Assembly: GCA_019306065.1 (NCBI GenBank)
Contig: JAFDMF010000008.1
Coordinates: forward strand, 26,430 to 90,429
Reading direction: 5' to 3'
Length of the DNA stretch: 64,000 bases
Origin: Deltaproteobacteria bacterium
GTDB lineage: Bacteria; Desulfobacterota; Desulfobacteria; Desulfobacterales; JAFDMD01
The stretch's first letter is position 1. Each line of letters starts with the position of its first letter. The position numbers were made by a program, and so were the translations under genes. Shown piece after piece: positions 35,826 to 45,433 of the stretch. A model generated the notes under the pieces. That model was not told the DNA's origin. It ran no database searches and saw only the letters and a list, made by a program, of their open reading frames with translations.

Positions 35826-36764
35826 TTATGGAGATGGTCTCATAACCCCGTTTTTATCTCTTTTAAGCGGAGCCGTTTGAATCGGAAGAGGCGCGCCTGG
35901 AACCTGATTTATAGAAACTCCATATTTCCATTCTTTCGGCGCTACCGCAATATAACGGGCATACCCTCCTGTTCCTCCTTTAGGTTTTGCAAACCCTATA
36001 ATAATTAAAGCCCCCGCTTCCGGCACCTTCTCAAGATTTGCAACCCCTTCGGCTTGCGCAAAATGATTGTGCATAAGCCAATATTCCCCTTCCAAATTAG
36101 GCGTAGTGTCCGTATCTAACGGCTCATGCCCATGAAAAACTATTTTTCGTTCAATATGTAAAAACTTTAAAGCTTCAAGGCTTACCCCCGGAAACGGTTT
36201 TTTATTAAATCTTTCTATCTCTTTCCATTTTTTATGCCAATCGGATCTAACCATAACTACGGAGCCTTCAGGAATTATGCCGTATTTTTCTTCCCATTTT
36301 TTTATATCTTCTACCTGCAGATGATACCCATTATCTTGAGCTACCTTACTATGAATATCTATCACAACTAACGGACGTATTGCATAAGTTGCAGGAATAT
36401 CGCTTATTGTGGCTCCCAGTTTATCCCAATGAGCCGGCGGATCAAGCTGAGTTCCGTATTGATCGGTCGTAAGCTCATAAGCGGTTGCCACAAAGCCATG
36501 CTTTTTGTAAGTAAACTCCTCGCCTACTTCCACATACCCTTCAATGCGATTTCCGGCTTTTGCGGGTTTAAACTTAGCGTTGCCAAAGCCGTGCCATACA
36601 GCCTGAACAGGCTCAAAGGCATGAGTAAGATCAATATACTTGGCATCTTTAAATATGTTATTATATACTTCCCAAAGTCCGCGAGTTTTCTCTTCAGCCG
36701 TTGCGGTAAGTCCGGCAAAAAATATAACGGATAAAATTGTTGCTATTAAAACCGATTTCTTCAT
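35826..36764 (-). CDS. Secreted cyclase-family protein (kynurenine formamidase-like fold)
   Basis: Signal peptide MKKSVLIATILSVIFFAGLTATA. Also IDLTHAF, GTQLDPPAHW, VVIDI and HGHEPLDTD. Confidence 0.78.
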   Translation of the reverse strand: MKKSVLIATILSVIFFAGLTATAEEKTRGLWEVYNNIFKDAKYIDLTHAFEPVQAVWHGFGNAKFKPAKAGNRIEGYVEVGEEFTYKKHGFVATAYELTTDQYGTQLDPPAHWDKLGATISDIPATYAIRPLVVIDIHSKVAQDNGYHLQVEDIKKWEEKYGIIPEGSVVMVRSDWHKKWKEIERFNKKPFPGVSLEALKFLHIERKIVFHGHEPLDTDTTPNLEGEYWLMHNHFAQAEGVANLEKVPEAGALIIIGFAKPKGGTGGYARYIAVAPKEWKYGVSINQVPGAPLPIQTAPLKRDKNGVMRPSP

Positions 36765-36975
36765 TACAGCCTCCTTTTAAATATGGTTTTATTTTAGGTT
36801 ATAAGACATTACTCTTTTATTCGTTTGCTTTATTAAATGTCAATTGAATAAAAGACGTTGTTTGTGTGGCATATCTTAATTAAAAAAGCTGGCTGCATAA
36901 CTTGCCTTTTTTTTGTATAATGGAAAGGAAGCGACTTTCTGTAAGGGTGTTGTAATGGTATGTTTAATTTTCAAG

Positions 36976-37048
<73 letters not shown>

Positions 37049-37081
37049 CTCGTATTAGATAGATAACGGGTAAGCGGCGTC

Positions 37082-37110
37082 TAACTAACAATTTGAAAGC
37101 TGATTGTCAA
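37082..37110 (-). promoter_or_regulatory. Promoter candidate TTGACA-N17-TAGTTA for the minus-strand tRNA-Lys
   Basis: On the minus strand: ttgaca (37110-37105), 17-nt spacer, tagtta (37087-37082). About 33 nt upstream of the tRNA. Confidence 0.35.
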
Positions 37111-37265
37111 TTTTTTTATGCTAACTTTATCAAAAATTTTATAATTATTCCTTTTTGCATCAAAAATTTAATTATAAATTTTTATATATATTTCTTGACT
37201 TTATACCATAATTATTTGTAATTATTTTTATACTTATTAACCGAATATATTGAAAGGAAATTTCT

Positions 37266-39002
37266 ATGGATAAAATATTAAAAATCAATATGACAGGCGA
37301 TGCTCCCAATTTTAAAATCGAATCTTTGGGCGATTATGAAGGGCTTGGAGGCAGAGCGATGACCTCTGCGGTTATCTATAAAGAGGTTCCGCCGTTATCT
37401 CATCCTCTTAGCGCGGATAATAAACTAATTATAGCTCCCGGTCTTATGAGCGGATCCGCCGCTGTTATATCCGGCAGACTTTCGGTAGGGTGTAAAAGCC
37501 CGCTTACAGGAGGCATTAAAGAGGCTAATTCAGGAGGACAGCCGTCTCAGATGCTTGCCAGACTCGGCTATGCTGCCGTTATTATAGAGGGCAAACCGAA
37601 ACAGAATAATTTATATAAACTGTTTATAAGTAAAGACGGAATTCAACTAACTGTTGATAATAGTCTTAAAATGCTCGGCAATTATGATTTGATTGATAAA
37701 ATGAAAGAGGCTTACGGAGATCAAATCGGATGTATATCTATAGGACCGGCCGGCGAAATGAAAATGTCTGCGGCTTCGATAGCCTGTACAGATATGGAAT
37801 TAAGACCTACCCGCCATGCAGGGCGAGGCGGAGTAGGCGCTGTTATGGGTTCCAAAGGAATAAAGGTTATTGTTATAGATGACAGCGGCACGTCTATCCG
37901 CGCTCCAAAAGACAAGGAAAGATTTAAAAATGCAAATAAGGCTTTTGCCGAAGGTCTTAAAAAACATCCCGTTACAGGAGAAGGACTTGCGGCTTACGGA
38001 ACAAATGTTTTGACTAACATTATCAACGAAGCAGGCGCGTATCCCGCTCACAATTTTTCTTTCGGACAGTTTAAAGGAGCCTCTAAAATCAGCGGCGAAA
38101 CTATGGCGGAAACCGAAACTAAAAGAGGCGGTTTGGCTACTCACGGCTGCCATAAAGGCTGCGTAATTAAATGTTCCGGCGTTTATAATGACAAAGACGG
38201 AAATTATCTTACAAAACAGCCTGAATATGAGACTGTATGGGCGCATGGCGGAAACTGCGGAATTGACGATCTGGATGCGATTGCTATGTTAGACCGTCTT
38301 GACGACGATCTGGGGATTGATACCATAGAGATGGGCGCTGCCATAGGGGTTGCTATGGAAGCAGGGCTTTTAAAATTTGGAGATGCGGACGGAGCTATCA
38401 GGCTTTTAAAAGAAGAGGTGGGGAAAGGAACCCCGTTAGGACGCGTTTTAGGAAACGGAGCGGCTGTTACAGGTAAGGTTTTTGGAGTTGAAAGAGTTCC
38501 CGTAGTAAAAGGGCAGGCTATGCCAGCTTACGATCCTCGCGCTGTGCAGGGGGTAGCGGTTACTTATGCAACCAGTCCGATGGGAGCGGATCATACGGCT
38601 GGTTACGCGGTAGGTTCCAATATTATGGGAGTAGGCGGAAAAACGGATCCTTTAAAGCCGGAAGGCCAAGCCGATCTTTCGCGCGATCTTCAAATAGCCA
38701 CTGCAGCTCTTGATTCTACGGGCTTATGCCTTTTTATATCTTTTGCTATTTTGGATCAGCCGGAAACCTTTAACGCTATGGTTGAGCTTTTAAACGGCTT
38801 TTTAGGAAAAGATTTTACCGCAGACGACATTATCGAACTCGGCAAATCTGTACTTAAAAACGAAAGAGATTTTAATACAAAAGCCGGATTCACCTCCAAA
38901 CATGACAGACTTCCCGAATATTTTAAGAATGAAGTTTTACCGCCCCACAAGGTTACTTTCGGGGTGTCGGACGAAGAGTTGGATCAGGTTTTTAATTGGT
39001 AA
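37266..39002 (+). CDS. aor: Tungsten-type aldehyde:ferredoxin oxidoreductase
   Basis: AOR N-terminal domain (GGRAMTS, ISGRLSV, SPLTGG) and C-terminal domains (GMPAYDPR, GADHT, CLF). Confidence 0.92.
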   Translation: MDKILKINMTGDAPNFKIESLGDYEGLGGRAMTSAVIYKEVPPLSHPLSADNKLIIAPGLMSGSAAVISGRLSVGCKSPLTGGIKEANSGGQPSQMLARLGYAAVIIEGKPKQNNLYKLFISKDGIQLTVDNSLKMLGNYDLIDKMKEAYGDQIGCISIGPAGEMKMSAASIACTDMELRPTRHAGRGGVGAVMGSKGIKVIVIDDSGTSIRAPKDKERFKNANKAFAEGLKKHPVTGEGLAAYGTNVLTNIINEAGAYPAHNFSFGQFKGASKISGETMAETETKRGGLATHGCHKGCVIKCSGVYNDKDGNYLTKQPEYETVWAHGGNCGIDDLDAIAMLDRLDDDLGIDTIEMGAAIGVAMEAGLLKFGDADGAIRLLKEEVGKGTPLGRVLGNGAAVTGKVFGVERVPVVKGQAMPAYDPRAVQGVAVTYATSPMGADHTAGYAVGSNIMGVGGKTDPLKPEGQADLSRDLQIATAALDSTGLCLFISFAILDQPETFNAMVELLNGFLGKDFTADDIIELGKSVLKNERDFNTKAGFTSKHDRLPEYFKNEVLPPHKVTFGVSDEELDQVFNW

Positions 39003-39011
39003 AATTCTAAT

Positions 39012-39048
39012 TTATATCCTGCTTCGCAAAAATCGAAGCAGGATATAA
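39012..39048 (+). terminator. Hairpin after aor
   Basis: ttatatcctgcttcg (39012-39026) pairs perfectly with cgaagcaggatataa (39034-39048). Confidence 0.5.
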
Positions 39049-39065
39049 GAAATAAAAATATATCC

Positions 39066-39644
39066 ATGAACATTCATATTATCACATCTAAATCCGGCGT
39101 CTCTTTTTTCTCCTTTCTTCTTAATTACGGAGTAGGCGTAAAAATTTACGATAATCCGAGCGTAAAAAAATTTTTATTAAAAGATCTTAAAATAGACGAA
39201 GATTATATTTCTAACAGAATTCAGACTCTGTTTTTAAATTCCAAACCTATCGACAATATTGATAACGCCTTTCTTGAAAATGGCGCAACCCTTGCTTTAT
39301 CTGCGGCTATGCCGGGGACGGCAGGAGCGCTTTTCAGAAAAAAAGGACGCTATGCGGCCATGCGAAAGCAGATAACCTATACGGATAATATAGATATTAA
39401 AAAAAACAAAGAGGGTAAAATAATATTAAAGCTTTTTAATATGCCGGCAAAAGAGCTTGCGGGTATAATTTTTGAACGCGGAGTATTGATAGAAAAAGAG
39501 ACTTTAAGCCTTTTTTTAAAAAATTATAACCAACGCATAACGCCTCATATAAAAGAGATACATTCGGATTGCAAAAAAAAGGATAAAACGATTTTTTTTA
39601 ACCGCAATTTAAAAGCTATAAACTTAAAAGTAACCTTTTCATAA
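39066..39644 (+). CDS. Hypothetical protein downstream of aor
   Basis: 192-aa ORF. No motif recognised. Confidence 0.4.
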   Translation: MNIHIITSKSGVSFFSFLLNYGVGVKIYDNPSVKKFLLKDLKIDEDYISNRIQTLFLNSKPIDNIDNAFLENGATLALSAAMPGTAGALFRKKGRYAAMRKQITYTDNIDIKKNKEGKIILKLFNMPAKELAGIIFERGVLIEKETLSLFLKNYNQRITPHIKEIHSDCKKKDKTIFFNRNLKAINLKVTFS

Positions 39645-39703
39645 ATAGTTGCCGTATGAATTTGAGCATAAAGCTTAAATAATAAATTTATCAAATCAGT
39701 TTC

Positions 39704-39838
39704 CGTATAAAAACATCTTATTTTGTTCACCTTTAAAGCTTATAAAAATTTTAAACGCAGTAATATACAAAGTATTTCAAGGATTAAAATTTTTATCCAA
39801 CGCCGCGATCAAGCAAAAGAAGCCTTGTTTCTATAAAA
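39704..39838. repeat. Degenerate copy of the family A palindromic MITE-like element
   Basis: 39768-39806 (aaagtatttcaaggattaaaatttttatccaacgccg) matches the reverse complement of 8183-8221 with a single mismatch. The arms tataaaaattttaaacgcag and gtataaaaacatc are diverged. Confidence 0.55.
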
Positions 39839-39842
39839 CCTA

Positions 39843-40082
39843 CTAACCGCCGGCGATAAGCGGAAAAATTCCTATCCTGTCCTTATCCTTTAAAACCTCA
39901 TCTCCGTTTGAATGGCGATTGTTTAAAAAAATTATCTTTACCTTTTCTAACGGCAGATTGAGCTTTTTTATCAGGCTATAAACCGTAGTATTTGGTTCAA
40001 TATCAATAGCCCATAGATTATCCGATTTTTTATCCGGCATATAGTTTGCCAGCCCTGCATATAGTTTTATATAAACTTTCAT
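39843..40082 (-). CDS. MoaD/ThiS-family ubiquitin-like sulfur carrier
   Basis: 79 aa ending ...FPLIAGG (C-terminal Gly-Gly), beta-grasp size. Confidence 0.78.
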   Translation of the reverse strand: MKVYIKLYAGLANYMPDKKSDNLWAIDIEPNTTVYSLIKKLNLPLEKVKIIFLNNRHSNGDEVLKDKDRIGIFPLIAGG

Positions 40083-40364
40083 TATAATTATATCTTATTT
40101 TTCAATTAATTTTGTTTGATATGCGCTAAAATCCGCCTATTACCCTTTATAATCATCTTTTCAATAATAGACATTTCATAAATTAAAAAGCTTTTTGAAA
40201 CAAACAATAAGTTTTCGCATAAAAAATTAATTTTACAGGTCGAATAATATTGAAAATTCTTCTGTTTATACTCAACTAAAGCTCGTTGCGTAACAATTAC
40301 GCCTTGCTCGAGCTACTTATAGATGTTATACAAAACCAAAAAATTTTAAAGGGGTAATAAAAAA

Positions 40365-41723
40365 ATGAGGTCTAAATTAAATAGAATTACGATGATACTG
40401 ATAACGGCTTTTCTATTTTTTGCCATATTTGTTTTTATAAAAAAAACCGAAAGCCAAAAACCTGATTTTGAGTTTGCCTTACCCGGCGACACAAGTAAAG
40501 CAATAAACGCCGAAAGCCAACTTGCCGGTATTGTTTCGGACGCTAAAAGCGGTCTTAGAAATTTATCTATATTATTAATAAAAGACGGAATCGAAACGGT
40601 TATTTTTGAAAAAAGCTTTCCTAAAACAAAAAGAGTTTATACTTATAACTTTAATGTTTCCATTAAATCTAAAGATCTACAAATTAAAGACGGCAAAGCA
40701 TTATTAAAAGCTATGGCGTCTGATTATTCTTGGAGAAATTCCGGAAGCGGAAATTTAACGCAGATAGAAAAAGAGATTATTATAGATACAAAACCTCCGA
40801 GAATAGAGATACTAAGCGGCGCTCATAATATTATACAAGGAGGCGCCGGGCTTGTTATATACAAACTATCCGAGCCTTGCAAAATATCCGGCATAAAAGT
40901 AGGAGATAATTTTTTTCCCGGATATTTGAGCGGAGCAAAAAATAAAAACATATTCTTTGCTTTTATAGGGCTTAATTACGATCAGCCTACCAATACTGCA
41001 ATTGCCGCCCAAGCCGTAGATTATGCGGGAAACGAGGCAAAAACAAGTTTTTATAAATATTTTAAAAAAGCCTTCTTTAAACAGGACATTATTAATATAA
41101 CAGACGGCTTTTTAGAACAAAAGATGCCGGAATTCTCGGACGATATCAATTTAAAAACAAAAGAGGCTTCTTTAATAGAACAGTTTTTGGAAATAAATAG
41201 AGATGTAAGAAAAGCAAATTTTAAGCAGATACGGCAGATATGCGCAGACACAGAGCATAAAAAATTATGGGAAAAAACATTTTTAAGATTTCCTCAGTCT
41301 GTAACCAGAGCAGGCTTTGCAGATGCAAGAACATATAAATATAAAGGAAAAAATATTGACAATCAGGTTCATTTGGGAATCGACTTGGCTTCAACCGCAT
41401 ATTCGAAAATTCCCGCGGCAAATTCAGGTAGGGTTGTATTTGCGGAATTTTTGGGAATTTACGGAAATACCGTAATAATAGATCACGGATTAGGACTTTT
41501 CAGCTTATATGCTCATCTTAACAGAATAGACGTAGAAAAAGGAGCTGACGTTAAAAAAAAAGATATTATAGGGCGTACTGGAATGACAGGTATGGCGGGA
41601 GGCGATCATCTTCATTTTTCTATGCTTGTTCATAATATTTTTGTAAACCCTATAGAATGGTTTGATGCAAGCTGGATAAAAAACAATATTACTTCAAAAA
41701 TAGAATCTATACGGAATGAATAA
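40365..41723 (+). CDS. M23 (LytM) family metallopeptidase with N-terminal membrane anchor
   Basis: HLGIDLA, IIDHGLGLFSLYAHL and GGDHLHFS. Confidence 0.88.
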   Translation: MRSKLNRITMILITAFLFFAIFVFIKKTESQKPDFEFALPGDTSKAINAESQLAGIVSDAKSGLRNLSILLIKDGIETVIFEKSFPKTKRVYTYNFNVSIKSKDLQIKDGKALLKAMASDYSWRNSGSGNLTQIEKEIIIDTKPPRIEILSGAHNIIQGGAGLVIYKLSEPCKISGIKVGDNFFPGYLSGAKNKNIFFAFIGLNYDQPTNTAIAAQAVDYAGNEAKTSFYKYFKKAFFKQDIINITDGFLEQKMPEFSDDINLKTKEASLIEQFLEINRDVRKANFKQIRQICADTEHKKLWEKTFLRFPQSVTRAGFADARTYKYKGKNIDNQVHLGIDLASTAYSKIPAANSGRVVFAEFLGIYGNTVIIDHGLGLFSLYAHLNRIDVEKGADVKKKDIIGRTGMTGMAGGDHLHFSMLVHNIFVNPIEWFDASWIKNNITSKIESIRNE

Positions 41724-42336
41724 ACATAAACCGCCTAAAAGCGCTTTTAGAGATAACATGGAAGCTATAATAATAGCCTTAATAATTGCTTTCTTTATCC
41801 GCAGTTTTGTAGTTCAATCTTATAAAATACCGTCCGGATCCATGAAAGACACCCTTTTAATAGGAGATCATTTATTAGTAAGCAAATTTATTTACGGAGT
41901 AAAACTCCCTTTTACAGATATTACCCTTCTCCCAATATCAAAACCGAAACACGGCGATGTGATTGTATTTAAATTTCCGGAAGATGAAAAAAAAGATTTT
42001 ATTAAAAGAGTAGTAGGCATAGAAGGGGATACAATTGAGATTAGAAAAAAAAGACTCTTTGTTAATAATAAACCGGCAGAGTATAAAGCCGCGGCATTTA
42101 AAAATACTAATATTATCCCGCCTTGGCGTTCCCCAAGAGACTATTTTGGTCCTATAACGGTTCCCAAAAATTCGATATTTGTAATGGGAGACAATAGAGA
42201 TCACAGCTACGACAGCAGATTTTGGGGCTTTGTTAAACTTAAAAAATTAAGAGGAAAAGCGCTTGTAATATTTTGGTCTTGGGATAGCGAAAATACCCGC
42301 CCCCGATGGAATAGAATCGGAAAAATAATTAAATAG
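41716..42336 (+). CDS. lepB: Signal peptidase I
   Basis: IPSGSMKDTLLIGDHLLV, KRVVG, GDNRDHSYDSRFWG. Confidence 0.93.
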   Translation: MNKHKPPKSAFRDNMEAIIIALIIAFFIRSFVVQSYKIPSGSMKDTLLIGDHLLVSKFIYGVKLPFTDITLLPISKPKHGDVIVFKFPEDEKKDFIKRVVGIEGDTIEIRKKRLFVNNKPAEYKAAAFKNTNIIPPWRSPRDYFGPITVPKNSIFVMGDNRDHSYDSRFWGFVKLKKLRGKALVIFWSWDSENTRPRWNRIGKIIK

Positions 42337-42356
42337 CGTCAATTTGATTTAATAAG

Positions 42357-43472
42357 CTATATATCCAAATACAAAGAGGGCTCCGAAGAATTTAAAACTT
42401 GAGCGCCCTCTTTTGTTACTGCAACCATGTTTTCTAATCTTATACCGCCGTAATTTTTTATATATATTCCAGGCTCCACAGTAAAAACCATACCTTTTTT
42501 TAAAATCGTATTATCAATACGATTTATTCTCGGCGCTTCATGAACATTAAGCCCTACTCCGTGCCCTAAAGCATGCCCGAATTTTTCTTTAAACCCCATA
42601 TCATCTATATGTTTTCTTGCCGCATTATCTATATCAACAGAGTTTGCTCCCGGTTTTATCAGCGCAATCGCTTTATTTTGCGCCTCCAAAACAGCATTAA
42701 AAGCCTCTTTTAAAAGATTGTCCGTCATGCCGAATATAAAGGTTCTGGATATATCCGAACAATATCCATCCTTTTTTACGCCCCAGTCAAATAGAATCGT
42801 CTCCCCTTTTTTAAATACCCTGTCCGAACAGATTGCATGCGGAATTGCGGCATTAGGTCCGGATGCGGCTATTATAGAAAACGATAATTCGTCCGCCCCT
42901 TTTTTCCGCATCTCCTGTTCAAGCAGCCAAGCCGCTTCTTTTTCGCTCACACCAAGCTTAAATTTTTTCATAAAATCGGCAAAAGCGGATTCCGCTATAT
43001 CCAGAGAGTTTTTAATAAGTTTAATTTCCACTTCTTCTTTGATAATTCTTATATCTTCTACAATATTATCGCCGGGCACAAATGCGGCTTTTACCTCTTT
43101 TTCTTTAAAATGTTCTATGAGCTTTTTATACATAAAATAGGTAAGACGGTAGCTTTCAAACCCGACTGCCGAAGGATTCAATTTTTTTATAATATCTGCG
43201 GTCTCTGCCAAAAGATTCTTTTTATATATATAAAGCTGGTAAGCCGAGTCAATTTCTGCCTCTGCTTGTATCTCATATCTGAAATCTGTTATAAGAATCG
43301 CTTTATCCTGCGTTATTATAATAATGCCGGCTAATTCGTCCGGCTGGTTATCTGCAGCCGTAAAACCGGATAAATATCTGCGGTTTTCGGCAGATGCCAC
43401 TATAAAAGCCTCTATATTTTTTGTAAATAACGCCTTTTTCATCTTACTGAGCCTTTTTTTTATATCCTGCAT
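42357..43472 (-). CDS. M24 family Xaa-Pro aminopeptidase
   Basis: Creatinase-like N-terminal domain plus DWG...DISRT, HALGHGVGLNVHE, EPGIY and RLEN. Confidence 0.9.
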   Translation of the reverse strand: MQDIKKRLSKMKKALFTKNIEAFIVASAENRRYLSGFTAADNQPDELAGIIIITQDKAILITDFRYEIQAEAEIDSAYQLYIYKKNLLAETADIIKKLNPSAVGFESYRLTYFMYKKLIEHFKEKEVKAAFVPGDNIVEDIRIIKEEVEIKLIKNSLDIAESAFADFMKKFKLGVSEKEAAWLLEQEMRKKGADELSFSIIAASGPNAAIPHAICSDRVFKKGETILFDWGVKKDGYCSDISRTFIFGMTDNLLKEAFNAVLEAQNKAIALIKPGANSVDIDNAARKHIDDMGFKEKFGHALGHGVGLNVHEAPRINRIDNTILKKGMVFTVEPGIYIKNYGGIRLENMVAVTKEGAQVLNSSEPSLYLDI

Positions 43473-43528
43473 ATTACTCCGTAACTTCTTAATTAACTTG
43501 TTATAATTTCTAAATTAATAATAGCGTT

Positions 43529-44263
43529 TCATATTAACATGTCTTCGATCTCTTGAGTATAAGAGCCGTTGTCATTATAAATTATTAAAGGAGACGCCAC
43601 TTTTACGCCGGATTTTCCCCCTTTTACCCCTTCGGTTAAAATCAGTTTAGCCTCTTTGTTTTTTTTGGAATGTATGCTTCTAATCAGTTTAGGCTCTATT
43701 CCGACAATTTTCATTTCATAAAAAAGCTCCGCCATTCTTACTGCCGGATAAATAATTACAAATCTTCCTGAAACCTTCAGCATAATTTTTGCAGTCGCTA
43801 TTATATCTTTAAGCGAGGCTTTTATCTCGTGTCTTGCTATTGCCTTTTGAAAATCGGGATTGATTTTTCCGGAACCGGCTTTTCTATACGGAGGATTCGA
43901 TACCACAACATCTGCGGGAATAAAAAAGGAATCCTTGTTAAAAAGCCTAAAATCCGCCTCTGCAATCTTAATTTTTTCGGTCATATTGTTTGCCGAAACA
44001 TTTAATTTCGCAATATCCGCAAGACTTTTTTGCAGCTCGATTCCTAAAATATTAATATCTTTTTTCTTAAAAGCCAAAATTAACGGAATTATTCCGGAAC
44101 CTGTTCCCAAATCAATAATCGTATCCTTACAGGAAACAGTAGAACATAAATAAGCCGCCAAAATAATCGAATCAATCGAATATCTGTAGCCATTTTTAGG
44201 CTGATAAGCTTCAAGTTTCCCTTTAAAAAAAGTATCCTTTGTTAATAAATCTTTGTTAAACAT
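43529..44263 (-). CDS. SAM-dependent methyltransferase, tRNA1(Val) m6A37 (TrmN6/YfiC)-like
   Basis: GYRYSIDSIILA, DLGTGSG and NPPY. Confidence 0.8.
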   Translation of the reverse strand: MFNKDLLTKDTFFKGKLEAYQPKNGYRYSIDSIILAAYLCSTVSCKDTIIDLGTGSGIIPLILAFKKKDINILGIELQKSLADIAKLNVSANNMTEKIKIAEADFRLFNKDSFFIPADVVVSNPPYRKAGSGKINPDFQKAIARHEIKASLKDIIATAKIMLKVSGRFVIIYPAVRMAELFYEMKIVGIEPKLIRSIHSKKNKEAKLILTEGVKGGKSGVKVASPLIIYNDNGSYTQEIEDMLI

Positions 44264-44576
44264 CGGCTCCCGCCTTAAATTTTATATCTTTTATCGCATC
44301 TTTTCCCATCGCCTTATTTAACTTTGCAATAACATCTTTTTTTAAAAAATGAAGCTGCTGCATCATAGCGGGATTATCCACATTTACTATCAATAATCCG
44401 CCTTTAAAGGCCGCCGGTTTTGTATGGGCAGATATAAAGTCTCCAAGGGCATCCTCCCATACATCCCACGCTTGAAGCATAAAAGAGTCGTAAGATATGC
44501 GGTATTTTGCAAGAGCGTCGGTTAAAAAATCGCCTAACTTAAAAAAATGCTTATTATTTACTCTATTATCATTCAT
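44256..44576 (-). CDS. DUF721 (DciA-like) domain protein
   Basis: W..A.G......T.P..F..G.L.V.V.N.A....L pattern. ATG 44576 overlaps the ispD stop (ATGAATGA). The tracked ORF extends to 44606. Confidence 0.65.
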   Translation of the reverse strand: MNDNRVNNKHFFKLGDFLTDALAKYRISYDSFMLQAWDVWEDALGDFISAHTKPAAFKGGLLIVNVDNPAMMQQLHFLKKDVIAKLNKAMGKDAIKDIKFKAGADV

Positions 44577-45261
44577 AAAAATCCGTATCCGCCAAAAACT
44601 CCGCAAGCTTTATATCTGCCAAACAGGTAATCTTAATATTTAGTCTGCTTCCCTCAACAACCGCAACCTTTGCCCCGATTCTTTCAAGTTTTGAAGCGTC
44701 ATCCGTATCTAATGCTCCATCTTTATAAAATTTTTCATAAGCCGACAATATCAAAGAATACTTAAAAGCCTGCGGTGTCTGCGCCATCTGTATCGTATCT
44801 CTTTTTACGGTTTTTTCTATAAAACTATCGACTCCGATCATCTTTAAAGTATCGGTTATAGGAACCGCCAAAATTGCTGCTCCGCATTCTTCGGCTTTTT
44901 TTATACATCTTTTTATATCCTTTACCGATACAAAAGGTCTTACTCCGTCATGAATAAGGATAATGCCGTTTTTATGCTCTACCCTTTTTAATCCGTTATA
45001 TACGGAATCTTGACGATTAACCCCACCTTCCGCTATTTTAATCTTATCCTTTTTATCTACATAGCTTAAAATCTCTGCCCTACAAAAATCAACCTCTCCC
45101 TTCGGAACTACAACAATAATCTCTTTTATCTTATCAATAGATTCAAAAATCCGAATTGTGCGGCTTAAAATCGGAACCTCTTTTATCTTAATATACTGCT
45201 TAAAAATTTTGCTCTTCATTCTTAAGCCTTTTCCGCCGGCGGTAATAATAGCCGAAATCAT
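44569..45261 (-). CDS. ispD: 2-C-methyl-D-erythritol 4-phosphate cytidylyltransferase
   Basis: AIITAGGKGLRM, KQYI, VLIHDGVRPF and QTPQAF. Confidence 0.93.
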   Translation of the reverse strand: MISAIITAGGKGLRMKSKIFKQYIKIKEVPILSRTIRIFESIDKIKEIIVVVPKGEVDFCRAEILSYVDKKDKIKIAEGGVNRQDSVYNGLKRVEHKNGIILIHDGVRPFVSVKDIKRCIKKAEECGAAILAVPITDTLKMIGVDSFIEKTVKRDTIQMAQTPQAFKYSLILSAYEKFYKDGALDTDDASKLERIGAKVAVVEGSRLNIKITCLADIKLAEFLADTDFYE

Positions 45262-45327
45262 AATCCACTCCGTTTAAATATTTTATAAAAAATTACAACC
45301 CAGCCGTTTTATATAACAGTCTTTCTT

Positions 45328-45356
45328 TTGACATTTTACATATCAGGCTATATATA
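45328..45356 (+). promoter_or_regulatory. Promoter candidate TTGACA-N17-TATATA for the helicase gene
   Basis: TTGACA at 45328-45333 and TATATA at 45351-45356. Confidence 0.4.
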
Positions 45357-45433
45357 TATTTTTTTTATACTTCACAAGAAAGTAAAATATAAACAGATAA
45401 AACCATAATAAATAAAAACAATAAGCAAAAATT

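Noticed and set aside
35582-35845. 87-aa plus-strand ORF
   Set aside because: It lies entirely over tRNA-Lys(TTT), tRNA-Glu(TTC) and the terminator hairpin, so it is a spurious translation of structured RNA genes.
37050-37265. Possible Moco/tungsten-cofactor riboswitch upstream of aor, and a cobalamin riboswitch upstream of the ABC ATPase (22855-22946)
   Set aside because: The regions are extremely AT-rich and lack the conserved GC-rich helices of those riboswitch classes. The ABC upstream spacer is also too short.
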